From the NCBI GenBank assembly GCA_030649055.1, contig JAUSGH010000003.1:354-64353 (forward strand): a DNA stretch of 64,000 bases. The letters run 5' to 3'. Source of the DNA: a bacterium. Lineage in GTDB: Bacteria > Patescibacteriota > Minisyncoccia > UBA6257 > JAUSGH01. Positions 47,623-56,724 of this stretch are shown one piece after another. A program made the position numbers and the translations under genes. How positions within the stretch are numbered: the first letter of the stretch is position 1; each line of letters opens with the position of its first letter. The notes beneath the pieces were generated by a model. That model was given only the letters and a program-made list of their open reading frames with translations. It had not been told where the DNA came from and ran no database searches.

Positions 47623-47814
47623 CTATCGAAGATCACGCAAGGAGCGAAGCGTGGGCAAGACGCCTTTCCGCGCAAGGCGTACTGCCTCTTTGGAGATACG
47701 CAGTATGTCGTCCTCGGTCAAATGCCGTTTGAATCCCAAATCGTCCGCCATTTTTCTAGGCATTTTTACCACGACGTAATCCTTTGATTCTTTTAATATC
47801 GAGATGCTAATCAT
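47623..47814 (-). CDS. Putative antitoxin
   Basis: Small ORF upstream of the toxin; DYVVVKMPRK...LPTLRSLRDL. Confidence 0.7.
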   Translation of the reverse strand: MISISILKESKDYVVVKMPRKMADDLGFKRHLTEDDILRISKEAVRLARKGVLPTLRSLRDLR

Positions 47815-47899
47815 ACATATACAATACTCAAATAACTGCGTTTGCGCAAATAAAAAGGAAAGGAGCGGTCGCCCAAGGGCGCCCGCTCCCGAATCTCCG

Positions 47900-48382
47900 C
47901 TAGCGAGCATGCACTCCGGCGTTCCGCTCAAAAGAGATGCAGTTATCGATGAGAACCTTCGTGGTCCACAACTGCTTCACGCCCTTCCCGACACGCAAGC
48001 CGCCGATGCACAGCCACTTGAGCGAGACGCGGACGAGGAATACCGCATAGCCGCCGCAATTCGCTCCCGTGACACTGGCGCGTCGCAAGAAGAGGGAGAA
48101 CCCATGCTCACCCAACGTGTTGAGCGAGATCTTCCCCTTCACCCTGGCGTCGTCGAGATCGATGTAGTCGCCCGTGAACTTCCCGTCCGCAATGTTGACA
48201 TTTCCCCGAATCACCGACCCGTTGAGGTCGAGATTCATCGGGATGTCGAAGCCACTAAACTCGATAGACTGGATGGTGCGCCCGCTCAAGTCGACCTTCT
48301 CCTCACCCCGCGCCGCCGCCTTCTCAATCATGCGACGCACGTCGTCGCTCGTGAGGACTTCCTGCTTCGTGCCGGTCTTCAT
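47900..48382 (-). CDS. Hypothetical protein with pentapeptide-like beta-solenoid character
   Basis: Repeating LDLNGSVIRG / IDLDDARVKG / LFLRRASVTG units; GGGAGG SD. Confidence 0.6.
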   Translation of the reverse strand: MKTGTKQEVLTSDDVRRMIEKAAARGEEKVDLSGRTIQSIEFSGFDIPMNLDLNGSVIRGNVNIADGKFTGDYIDLDDARVKGKISLNTLGEHGFSLFLRRASVTGANCGGYAVFLVRVSLKWLCIGGLRVGKGVKQLWTTKVLIDNCISFERNAGVHAR

Positions 48383-48508
48383 AGAAACCTCCCATAAGAG
48401 AGACCGGGAAACTTAGACTGACTCCCAGCGTAGCGTAACCTTTCCGCAAAAGCAAAGTCCAAAATGGTAATGGGACTGCTCGCGGCACGCACGAGCAGTC
48501 CCATTCGT

Positions 48509-49198
48509 CTATACCTGAACCGGCACCAGTACCGGCGTCAGCTCGCGAACCCGAAGGTCAGCGAGGTCGCAATTGTACTTCTCCTCCAAGCATGCGATGT
48601 CAGCAGGCATGAACTCGCAGCGTTCTGCGTCGTAACGCAGGAACGAATCCAGCACGCAAGGAAAGAGTCGCGGATTCCAGCCCCTCCCCTTCACCTCCCG
48701 CTTCCTCCCTCTCCGCAACTCCATCCTCACCGCTCCCTTCACCATCCGGCGCATGGAGTCGTTGGTCAGGAAATCAATCGGCAGGACGTGAAGGTTGACC
48801 GGCTCGTCAAATGCGCCTACGAACTCGGACTCCCGATCGTCGAACCCGAACCAGTACTTAAACAGCACGCGCAGGTTGCCGTGAAGCAACGCAGTGCGCG
48901 TCGTGGCGTCCTCCACCCGCTTGATGCGATCCCAGAACACGCGGCTATAGAAGCCGTAGTCGAAGATCGCCAGGTTGAGACGCTTCACGTCCTTCCCTCG
49001 CGCGACCCCGCCAAGCAGCAAGATCTCACTGATCGCGGGATTGAAGTGCTCATCGGAGATTTCGGGAGAAACGGCACGAAGCGGCCTCACACCAATCGCC
49101 GGCAGCTTCCCGGTAGGCCGTCTGCACAGAAACCCGGCGCCCAACATGACGAGTTGGGCAATCCGAGTCGCCAACTTGAGCGCAACCTTGTTCGTCAT
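48509..49198 (-). CDS. Degenerate nucleotidyltransferase-like protein, paralogue of 31304-31909
   Basis: ILLLGGVARGKDVKRLNLAIFD, PVNLHVLPI, LEEKYNCDLADLR align with the paralogue; catalytic Asp residues lost. Confidence 0.8.
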   Translation of the reverse strand: MTNKVALKLATRIAQLVMLGAGFLCRRPTGKLPAIGVRPLRAVSPEISDEHFNPAISEILLLGGVARGKDVKRLNLAIFDYGFYSRVFWDRIKRVEDATTRTALLHGNLRVLFKYWFGFDDRESEFVGAFDEPVNLHVLPIDFLTNDSMRRMVKGAVRMELRRGRKREVKGRGWNPRLFPCVLDSFLRYDAERCEFMPADIACLEEKYNCDLADLRVRELTPVLVPVQV

Positions 49199-49322
49199 GC
49201 GTCACCTCCCTCTTAAAATCTTCTCACAGCATAATCCTGCCCGGCGAGAAAGTCAAAGCGCTTGTATTCCGCTGATGCGTTTGATACATTTGCTATATAT
49301 AAGTAATAAATATTAAAAACTC

Positions 49323-50114
49323 ATGTCGTTAAGAAAAATAACAATAACAGCGGGATTACTTCTTGCGGTCGGAATCGTTACCTCTGTCGCGAACGCAACT
49401 CATTCATGGAACGGCTTCCACTGGGGACGCACGGCAAATCCGTTCACGCTTCAGCTTGGCGACAATATGTCGTCTACGTGGGACGCGTATCTCGGAACCG
49501 CGGCAACAAATTGGAGCGCCTCAAACGTACTGGATACGGTTGTCGTCAGCGGTAAAACAAAACCGCGCGTCTGTAAGCCAACAAATGGCCGCGTTGAAGT
49601 GTGCAACGAGCGGTATGGCGCCAACGGCTGGCTCGGCATTGCGCAGGTATGGGTAAGTGGCGAACACATCGTACAAGGGGCGGTGAAAATGAACGATTCA
49701 TACTTCCGGACGTCCACCTACAACACGCCGGCGTGGAAGAATCTCGTCGTCTGCCAGGAAATCGGCCACACGCTCGGTCTTGACCATCAGGACGAAATTT
49801 TTGACAATGCGAACCTCGGCACGTGCATGGACTACACCAATAACCCCTCGGCGAATCAATTCCCGAACCTGCACGACTACGAGCAACTTGAAGCGATTTA
49901 CACGCATCTTGATACCGTGAACACCGTGCTTTCGTCGGGAAGCGCAACCGCCGGACAGGGCAAACCGGAAGGTGTTGGACGGGATATTGATGAAAGCGAC
50001 CCCTCGGCATGGGGCCAAGTGGTGCGGCGCGATGCAAAAGGCAATGCTTCGCTCTATGCGCGCGATCTCAGCAACGGCGAAAAACTATTCACCTTTGTCA
50101 CCTGGGCACAGTAA
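49323..50114 (+). CDS. Secreted metzincin-like metalloprotease (QEXXH variant)
   Basis: Signal peptide, GWLGIA, CQEIGHTLGLDH, Met-turn TCMDY. Confidence 0.8.
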   Translation: MSLRKITITAGLLLAVGIVTSVANATHSWNGFHWGRTANPFTLQLGDNMSSTWDAYLGTAATNWSASNVLDTVVVSGKTKPRVCKPTNGRVEVCNERYGANGWLGIAQVWVSGEHIVQGAVKMNDSYFRTSTYNTPAWKNLVVCQEIGHTLGLDHQDEIFDNANLGTCMDYTNNPSANQFPNLHDYEQLEAIYTHLDTVNTVLSSGSATAGQGKPEGVGRDIDESDPSAWGQVVRRDAKGNASLYARDLSNGEKLFTFVTWAQ

Positions 50115-50151
50115 ACAAATATAAAAGCACCCGAAAGCGGGTGCTTTTATA

Positions 50152-50930
50152 TTGTGGAGATGGTGAAAGATTTCACTGCTCGCCGGCCTTCAGCCGCTGA
50201 TCCATGAAACTCGGCAAAGTTTAAATGTCAAAAACTGCCGCTATAGCCTTTTACCGCAGCTTATGCAAAACCTCGTCCCAAGAAAACACTCGCTCCACGT
50301 TTTTGGGAAATTCATGCCGTCGGTTCCAGGGCTGATCAAAAAGAAATATCTTCACGCCTACGGCGGCGCAGTCAAACGCATTTTCTGGGCTATCATCAAT
50401 CAGTACCTCTATCCCTAACGCCTCGCATATTTCAGACTTTTTGCGGGGCTCTTCTTTTAACCGAGAAGGACTTGCGTAATGGACGCCGGTAAAGACATCC
50501 GGAAAATGCTTCTCTATCCACAACTCCGTTTGCGTAATATGTTTATTTCGCCGCGCTGTAATAATGTAAAGTTCGTGCCCAGCCGCCTTAAGTGCTTGGA
50601 TTGCTTTTAAAGATCCGACCATCGGGCTGACCTTTTTTGATCGGTTAGTTGTTAAAAACTCATCTATTTCTTTTCTGTTTTCATCGCGTTCGCCACCCCA
50701 GATTTCCTCGAAAAGGTAACTATAAAAATCATCCTTTTTATAATGCGTCCCGTGTTTCTTATTGTGCATCTCTATAATAGCGATGCCCGTATTCGCCACC
50801 ACGTCGTCAAAATCAATTCCGATACGCATACATGTAGTATAATTTTTATTTCTCGTCTTTTCCATGCCCCTTCCCCGTTCAACTCTCGCAAACAAAAAGA
50901 AAACCGCCTGCTCAGGCGGTTTTCTTTTTG
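50152..50930 (-). mobile_element. tmRNA-targeted cassette carrying a nucleotidase gene
   Basis: Inverted T-arm copy plus GGGGAAGGGG (50867-50887); GCGAGCAGTGAAAT plus direct copy of the tmRNA 3' end (50152-50183). Confidence 0.75.
50251..50829 (-). CDS. 5'(3')-deoxyribonucleotidase-like HAD hydrolase (NT5C family)
   Basis: IGIDFDDVVA, YIITAR, LIDDSPEN, FDQPWN. Confidence 0.9.
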   Translation of the reverse strand: MRIGIDFDDVVANTGIAIIEMHNKKHGTHYKKDDFYSYLFEEIWGGERDENRKEIDEFLTTNRSKKVSPMVGSLKAIQALKAAGHELYIITARRNKHITQTELWIEKHFPDVFTGVHYASPSRLKEEPRKKSEICEALGIEVLIDDSPENAFDCAAVGVKIFLFDQPWNRRHEFPKNVERVFSWDEVLHKLR

Positions 50931-51241
50931 TGGAGATGGTGAGAGTTGAACTCACATCCGAATATTTTCTTCGAAAACGTCTACAAGCATAGTTCTAGAA
51001 AATCTAGGACGATTTGCTCTTGTGTTTAATGTTGCCTACCAGAACGTCTCAGCAACACGGTCCCTGTGTATAACACCGGTGATGCGCCGCAAGGGCATTG
51101 GCGCGCCGATGGCATTCGCCTATTAGGCGTATGCTAACGCAACATTTCTGTTGGCAGTTATAGATTTTGACACAGTTCACGAGTGTGCCTCCTCGGCTTG
51201 CAATTTTTGAAGAGCGATATCCGTCGAAGCCCGTCATCCCC
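50929..51241 (-). ncRNA. ssrA: tmRNA; tag peptide (A)ANRNVALAYA
   Basis: 5' GGGGATG...TTCGAC, tag ORF ATAACT-GCC AAC AGA AAT GTT GCG TTA GCA TAC GCC TAA, T-arm GTGAG-TTCAACT-CTCAC, CATCTCCA; adjacent to smpB. Confidence 0.96.
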
Positions 51242-51282
51242 AAAATGCGCAGGGCGCATTTTGCCCTGAGCCTGTCGAAGGG

Positions 51283-51726
51283 CTACATTTTTAATGTTCG
51301 CCCTATTTCCCTCTGCGTCTCCCGTTTTTTGATTGCCTCGCGCTTATCGGGCCCGCGTTTGCCGCGTCCCAAGCCAAGCTCAATCTTTACGAGATTACCT
51401 TTAGTATAAGCACGGAGAGGTAGCAATGTCAACCCCCGTTCTTTCATCTTTCCGATGAGTTCGCGGATCTCTGATGCACGCAGAAGCAGCCGTCGCGGCC
51501 GCGATGACTCATACTCTTTCGGTGTATTGCCCGGCTGATATGGCGAAACATCCGCGTTTAAGAGCCAAATCTCATTTCCACGCACAATGCCAAAAGCCCC
51601 GCCAAGATTCATCCTGCCGGCCTTCACCGCTTTAACCTCATATCCCTTGAGCTCAATCCCCGCCTCGTATGCTCCAAGAATCGTGTAGTTAAACCGCGCT
51701 TTGCGATGTTCGGCCAATGTCGCCAT
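51283..51726 (-). CDS. smpB: SsrA-binding protein
   Basis: RKARFNY, EAGIELKGYEVKA, RRLLL, GLTLLPL, DKREAIKKRE. Confidence 0.97.
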   Translation of the reverse strand: MATLAEHRKARFNYTILGAYEAGIELKGYEVKAVKAGRMNLGGAFGIVRGNEIWLLNADVSPYQPGNTPKEYESSRPRRLLLRASEIRELIGKMKERGLTLLPLRAYTKGNLVKIELGLGRGKRGPDKREAIKKRETQREIGRTLKM

Positions 51727-51853
51727 ACGGAGAATATAGCACAATGACTAACTATTGACAAGCATCGCATAGTATGCTATATTGTGCTTAGTTTCCGCTA
51801 ATGTTCGGCGGAGTTCAGAAGTCACCGGAGTTTCTCTGTTCGGAGGTCCGACC

Positions 51854-52237
51854 ATGTACGAGATGATCATGATTCTCCTCGCTGCCGCCTTCGTCGCACT
51901 CATCACTGGCTGTCTGTACCACAAGCACCTCGCGAAGGTCGCGAAGATGCGCGCGGAGAAGCTGGCGCGGATCCGAACCACAACGGCTTGGCTCCGTCAG
52001 AACGTCCACCTCCCCAAGTTCGTCGCGCGGCGCAAGGAACAGCAGGAGGCGCGCACGAAGAAGTGGGCGCGTCAGGCGGAAGAACGGGGGCGTCAGCGCG
52101 AACTCGGGAAGAGGGTGAAGCGCATCCTGGATCCGTACTGGAATCTGGATGTCGAAGTTCGGGATGAGGCGCGCAAGCTCGGGAAGCTTCCGAAGGCGTA
52201 CCCCCTCACAAGCGACGAGAATCTCGTACGCAAGTAG
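51854..52237 (+). CDS. Hypothetical single-pass membrane protein, basic
   Basis: GGAGG SD, TTGACA promoter, N-terminal TM, downstream hairpin. Confidence 0.7.
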   Translation: MYEMIMILLAAAFVALITGCLYHKHLAKVAKMRAEKLARIRTTTAWLRQNVHLPKFVARRKEQQEARTKKWARQAEERGRQRELGKRVKRILDPYWNLDVEVRDEARKLGKLPKAYPLTSDENLVRK

Positions 52238-52414
52238 TCTCACGCAGTCGCGCCGCGGCTGCTGTTCACAAGACAGCAGCCGCGACTCATTTCTCTATAC
52301 CATTTGCATAAATAAAGATTTCTGCTATGCTTTGTAGCAGCACTGACGGCTCGCGGCCATCACATTGATGTACGCGCTGTCGGAAGAAGGCGCTACTACT
52401 AAGGAGGTAGCAAC

Positions 52415-52924
52415 ATGACCAGGAAGAGGTTCAACGCACTGCTCGTCGCGCTTGCGATAATCGCAACCATGGCACTCGTCGGTGCATATCCGACGACCGT
52501 CGCCGCGGAGGACGAGAAGAAGCCTGTGGCTGAGGCGCCGCTCAGCCCGAAGGACAACTACCCCGTCTCCGTCACGTACTCCACCGTCGATGACGACCCA
52601 TGCGTCACGATTGACGTGATCAACGGCGGAGCGACGCAGATGATGATCGTTTTCGGGGAGTGGAAGCAGACGGTGAGCTTCCGGCTGCGCACCGACAAGG
52701 AGCCGTTTGCGGAAAAGGGGGCGACATGGGCGGAGTTCTTCGGAAATCCCCACAAGTTGTGCAATAACGCATTCGCATCGGCAGTCATCGTCTGCCCGGA
52801 CGAGGAGTGTTTGAGGGCGTGGACGGACTGGTACCCAAAGGCGTGCCAGGAGGCATGGGATCGCGCGCACCCCAAGCTGGAGCCCGCGCGCATCTTCCCC
52901 GATGGTCCGCACCCGCCGAAGTAG
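52415..52924 (+). CDS. Hypothetical secreted protein, Cys-containing
   Basis: AAGGAGG SD, signal peptide, downstream hairpin GCGGCCGTCC...GGACGGCCGC. Confidence 0.75.
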   Translation: MTRKRFNALLVALAIIATMALVGAYPTTVAAEDEKKPVAEAPLSPKDNYPVSVTYSTVDDDPCVTIDVINGGATQMMIVFGEWKQTVSFRLRTDKEPFAEKGATWAEFFGNPHKLCNNAFASAVIVCPDEECLRAWTDWYPKACQEAWDRAHPKLEPARIFPDGPHPPK

Positions 52925-53030
52925 AAGTTCGCACCGCGGCCGTCCCGATGTTCATCATCGAGGACGGCCGCACACATTTTCATCACCCGACGAAAGAAGG
53001 CTGGCAAGGCGCTGAAAACCGAAAACGTAA

Positions 53031-53192
53031 GGGTCGCCATTGTTGCGCAGCAAACCGTCGCGCAGGCCAAGCGGGCATGGTTCCCGCCAACCTTTGAATA
53101 AAAATTATGGGCGGGAGAGCGAGGCCGAGCGCGAGCGCAATTTCCTCGCCGGGGAAATTGATAGCGTGTTTGTCGCGCAATAAGGGCGGCCC
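53031..53192. repeat. Imperfect palindrome upstream of the infC promoter
   Basis: GGGTCGCCATTGTTGCGC...AAAC / GTTT...GCGCAATAAGGGCGGCCC ends with internal hairpins. Confidence 0.55.
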
Positions 53193-53232
53193 GAACAAAC
53201 ATTTGACTATTTTAAAAGCCTCTGCTAACCTG

Positions 53233-53745
53233 ATGAGTATTCAATATACACGCACCAACAATCAAATAACCGCTCCGGAACTACGCGTAGTCGGCGCTGA
53301 AGGCGAAAATCTCGGCGTCATGAAAAAGGAGGACGCTTTGAAACTCGCGACAGATCAAGGGCTGGACCTTATTGAAGTCGCACCGCTTGCAAAGCCGCCG
53401 GTCGCGCGCATCATGAGCTTTGACAAGTTCCGCTACGAGGAGTCCAAGCGCATCAAGAAACAGCGCGCGATGCAGAAAACCGATGGGATGCGTAGAGTGC
53501 AGGTTGGCGTGAAAACCGCGACGAACGACCTGAATATTAAAGCGAAAAAGGTGAATGAATTCCTGACGGAAAACGGCAAAGTGGAAATTATGCTTGTCGT
53601 CCGCGGCAGAGAAAAATCGCATAAGGACTTCGCGCTCGCCAAACTCAAACACTTCTTAACCCTCATTGATCCGAAGCATAAAGTTGTCGCCCCGCCGAAG
53701 TTCATCATGCGCGGCATCGTGGTGCATATCATGAAGGTCACCTAA
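53233..53745 (+). CDS. infC: Translation initiation factor IF-3 (start ATG 53233 or ATT 53239)
   Basis: NNQITAPELRVV, GLDLIEVAP, PPVARIMSFDKFRYE; precedes rpmI-rplT. Confidence 0.95.
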   Translation: MSIQYTRTNNQITAPELRVVGAEGENLGVMKKEDALKLATDQGLDLIEVAPLAKPPVARIMSFDKFRYEESKRIKKQRAMQKTDGMRRVQVGVKTATNDLNIKAKKVNEFLTENGKVEIMLVVRGREKSHKDFALAKLKHFLTLIDPKHKVVAPPKFIMRGIVVHIMKVT

Positions 53746-53810
53746 ACACTAAATCCGCTTCCCATTCGCATTATTACCGAGCCCAATTCGCATCATTCGC
53801 GATTACTCCA

Positions 53811-54005
53811 ATGAAAAAGAGTGTTTCAAAAAGAATAAAAGTCACGAAATCCGGAAAATTGGTCCGCCGCGTGATGGCGCAGGATCATTTTAAGTCCAAG
53901 CATCCGGGTTCGCGCACGCGCAAAAAGCGGCAGACATCTTTCCTCACGGGGAAATTCGCAAAGATTTTCATGCGATATTTAAAAACAAAAGCGTCTACAC
54001 TCTAA
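53811..54005 (+). CDS. rpmI: 50S ribosomal protein L35
   Basis: KSVSKRIKVTKSGK; between infC and rplT. Confidence 0.92.
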   Translation: MKKSVSKRIKVTKSGKLVRRVMAQDHFKSKHPGSRTRKKRQTSFLTGKFAKIFMRYLKTKASTL

Positions 54006-54008
54006 TAT

Positions 54009-54353
54009 ATGGCAAGAGTCAAAGGTGGCGTCCGCGCCCACAAACAGCGCGAAAAAGTGCTCCACTACACCAAGGGTTTCCGGTGGGGCAGAAAGTCAAA
54101 GAAAAAAGCGGCGCAAGAAGCGCTTGTGCACGCGTGGGACCATGCCTTCCATGGACGCAAAGAACGCAAACGCAATTTCCGCGCGCTCTGGCAGGTGAAG
54201 ATGTCCATTGCCTCCACTGCAGACGGCATAAGCTACAGCAAGCTCATCGGAGCGCTTAAAAAAGCAAAGATTGCGCTGAATCGCAAAATGCTCGCGCACC
54301 TCGCCGAACACGAACCGGCGGCCTGGAAAGCAGTAATGGCAAAAGTCAAATAA
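54009..54353 (+). CDS. rplT: 50S ribosomal protein L20
   Basis: MARVKGG, RKERKRNFRALW, ISYSKLI, LNRKMLA. Confidence 0.97.
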   Translation: MARVKGGVRAHKQREKVLHYTKGFRWGRKSKKKAAQEALVHAWDHAFHGRKERKRNFRALWQVKMSIASTADGISYSKLIGALKKAKIALNRKMLAHLAEHEPAAWKAVMAKVK

Positions 54354-54391
54354 CTAAAAATCCCTCCGATAGCCATCGGAGGGATTTTTAG

Positions 54392-54889
54392 TTATTGCTT
54401 CTCCTCCCCTCCCATAATAATCGCCGGCATAGGTGCCTGCGGCGCGTGTCGCCGCTCCTTATTTTCCCCGGCAATGAACCGGTGCGCCCGCCGCAAAATC
54501 TCCATTGTATCCTTATGCTTCGTAAGCACCTTCTGCGCCTCGCCGAACGTGAACCAACCGAACCCCTCGTGCTCTTCCGCGCTGATAGTAATGCGCGCTT
54601 GCGTTGTTTCGGCAAGATACAAAATCACCACGCGAAAAATCTTCTCTTTTTCGTGTTGAAAAATAAACTTCTCAAACGCTTTAAAGTTCTGGCGAAATTT
54701 CAGCTCGCTCGGCCGCAAACCGGTTTCCTCCTTGATTTCGCGCAACGCCGTTTCCCAGCTCCGCTCCGCTTTCTCAATTTTCCCTTTCGGAAAATTCCAA
54801 TATCCCCGCCCCGCGTAAAGCAGGAGGTATTTCAACCCATCTTCGGTCCTCCGGAAAATAATAATACCCGCCGATACTGTTTTCTTCAT
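54392..54889 (-). CDS. NUDIX hydrolase (Ap4A hydrolase-like)
   Basis: SAGIIIFR, WNFPKGKIE...TALREIKEETG, EEHEGFGW. Confidence 0.92.
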   Translation of the reverse strand: MKKTVSAGIIIFRRTEDGLKYLLLYAGRGYWNFPKGKIEKAERSWETALREIKEETGLRPSELKFRQNFKAFEKFIFQHEKEKIFRVVILYLAETTQARITISAEEHEGFGWFTFGEAQKVLTKHKDTMEILRRAHRFIAGENKERRHAPQAPMPAIIMGGEEKQ

Positions 54890-54930
54890 GGTGTTACCAA
54901 TGTACAAATGACTGAGATGTTGAGTTTGTT

Positions 54931-56724
54931 TTATTGCTTCTTTGCTTCATTGCTTTTTGCGCGTCCTTTCAGCATACCAAGCATTTTCTCAACCGGCCAA
55001 GCATTGATGATGTCTTCACGAGTCGCCCAGCCGCGCCGCGCCTGCGCGATGCCATACTCCAGCACATAAAAATGCGTGGCTGAGTGGGCATCGGAATCAA
55101 TAGACATTTTTACGCCAGCTTCAACGCACTTCCGGATATGTTCATCCTTCAAGTCCAACCTATCCGGAAACGCGTCAATTTCCAGGACGGTTCCCGTTTC
55201 TTTCGCCACCGTAATAATCGCGTCCATATCAACCTCATACGGAGGCCGCTTGCCGATGAGCCGCCCAGTGGGATGGAACAAAATGTCCACGTTCGGGTTT
55301 TGCATCGCGCGGATGATACGCTCGGTTTGTTTTGATTTCGGCAAATTAAACAGCGAATGTACCGAGGCGCCCACGACATCGAGCGTTTGTAATGCCTCAT
55401 CGGAAAGATCCATAGTACCGTCCGCTAAAATATCGCACTCTGTACCCTTCAAAATCCGGAATCCTCTTTTGTTGAACTTTTTATTCAGCTCGTCAATTTC
55501 CTTTCCTTGTTCCAAAAGACGTTTTTCGTTTAAACCATTAGTCATCGCAAGCCGTTTGGTGTGGTCTGTAACAACAATATAATGCAAACCTACCTCTATG
55601 GCCGCTTCCGCCATTTGCTCAATGGAATCCGCGCCATCGGTCCAGCTCGTCTGCGTCTGGAGATCGCCCTGAAGGTCACCGTAGTTGATAAGCTTGGGCA
55701 GTCCATGCTTTTCCGCAGCCGCTATCTCCCCCGTCATCTCCCGCATCTCGGGCTCAATGTAGCCCAAGCCCAATTTCTCGTAAATCTCCTCTTCTGTTTT
55801 CCCCGCGACCCGAATCCATTCTCCGTCTCCTTTGCTTCTTTGTTTTCTTGCTTTTTTGCTTTCTTGAAACAGCCCATATTCATTCAACTTGTATCCTTTT
55901 TTGATAGCGAGCTGGCGCAACGCGACATTGTGATCTTTAGAACCGGTAAAGTAATTCAGCGCCGCGCCATAGGATTTCTTCGGCACCACGCGCAAATCCA
56001 CATCCAGCCCATTCTGCAATTTAATCGCGGATTTCGTTTCCCCGTGCGCGAACACTTTCACGACATCCGGCATTGAAACGAAAAAATCCATCACCGGTTT
56101 CGGGTTGTCGGAAATCGCGAGAATATCAACGTCGCCAATGGTTTCTTTGCGGCGACGAAACGACCCCGCAACCTCCAGCCGTTCCACACCCTTCAAGCCT
56201 TCTAAGCGCCGCAGAATATCACGCGCGATAGGGAGTACAACACCGAGCGGTTTCCGCCCGCCGAAGCTTTTCAGAAATGCGATACCTTGTAAAATGTTTT
56301 GCTCGCTTTTTTCACCAAATCCCTTCAACTGCTTAATTTTTCCGGCCAAGGCAACAGCTTCAAGCTCCGCGAGATTCGTAACGCCGAGTTCCTTGTACAA
56401 TGCCCCGATCTTCCGCGGCCCTAAACCCTGAATCCCGGAAAGCTCCGCGAGATTCACGGGTGTTTTCTTTTTCAGCTCTTCGTAATACTTCGATTTTCCG
56501 GTTTTTAATAACTCCTCGATTTTTTCGGCAATGGATAACCCCACGCCCGGAATATCTTCAACGGCTTTTAAACCCCCTTCGCGATACACGTCGGAAATTT
56601 CGCCGTCCAATGCTTCAACAACCTCCGCGACTTTTTCGTACGCGCGCGGCTTGAAAGGCACGCCCTGCATATCGAGGTATTCACCGATCTCCCGCAACAC
56701 TTTTGCAATCTCCTGATTGGTCAC
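54931..56724 (-). CDS. polX: DNA polymerase X with PHP domain
   Basis: HhH motifs, AGSFRRRKETIGDVDIL, YFTGSKDHN, PHP TDH / HPTGR / DSDAH. Confidence 0.96.
   Translation of the reverse strand: MTNQEIAKVLREIGEYLDMQGVPFKPRAYEKVAEVVEALDGEISDVYREGGLKAVEDIPGVGLSIAEKIEELLKTGKSKYYEELKKKTPVNLAELSGIQGLGPRKIGALYKELGVTNLAELEAVALAGKIKQLKGFGEKSEQNILQGIAFLKSFGGRKPLGVVLPIARDILRRLEGLKGVERLEVAGSFRRRKETIGDVDILAISDNPKPVMDFFVSMPDVVKVFAHGETKSAIKLQNGLDVDLRVVPKKSYGAALNYFTGSKDHNVALRQLAIKKGYKLNEYGLFQESKKARKQRSKGDGEWIRVAGKTEEEIYEKLGLGYIEPEMREMTGEIAAAEKHGLPKLINYGDLQGDLQTQTSWTDGADSIEQMAEAAIEVGLHYIVVTDHTKRLAMTNGLNEKRLLEQGKEIDELNKKFNKRGFRILKGTECDILADGTMDLSDEALQTLDVVGASVHSLFNLPKSKQTERIIRAMQNPNVDILFHPTGRLIGKRPPYEVDMDAIITVAKETGTVLEIDAFPDRLDLKDEHIRKCVEAGVKMSIDSDAHSATHFYVLEYGIAQARRGWATREDIINAWPVEKMLGMLKGRAKSNEAKKQ

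Noticed and set aside
53031-53192. L20 ribosomal leader upstream of infC
   Set aside because: It lies upstream of the predicted infC promoter and resembles the other palindromic elements; no L20-leader features could be recognised.
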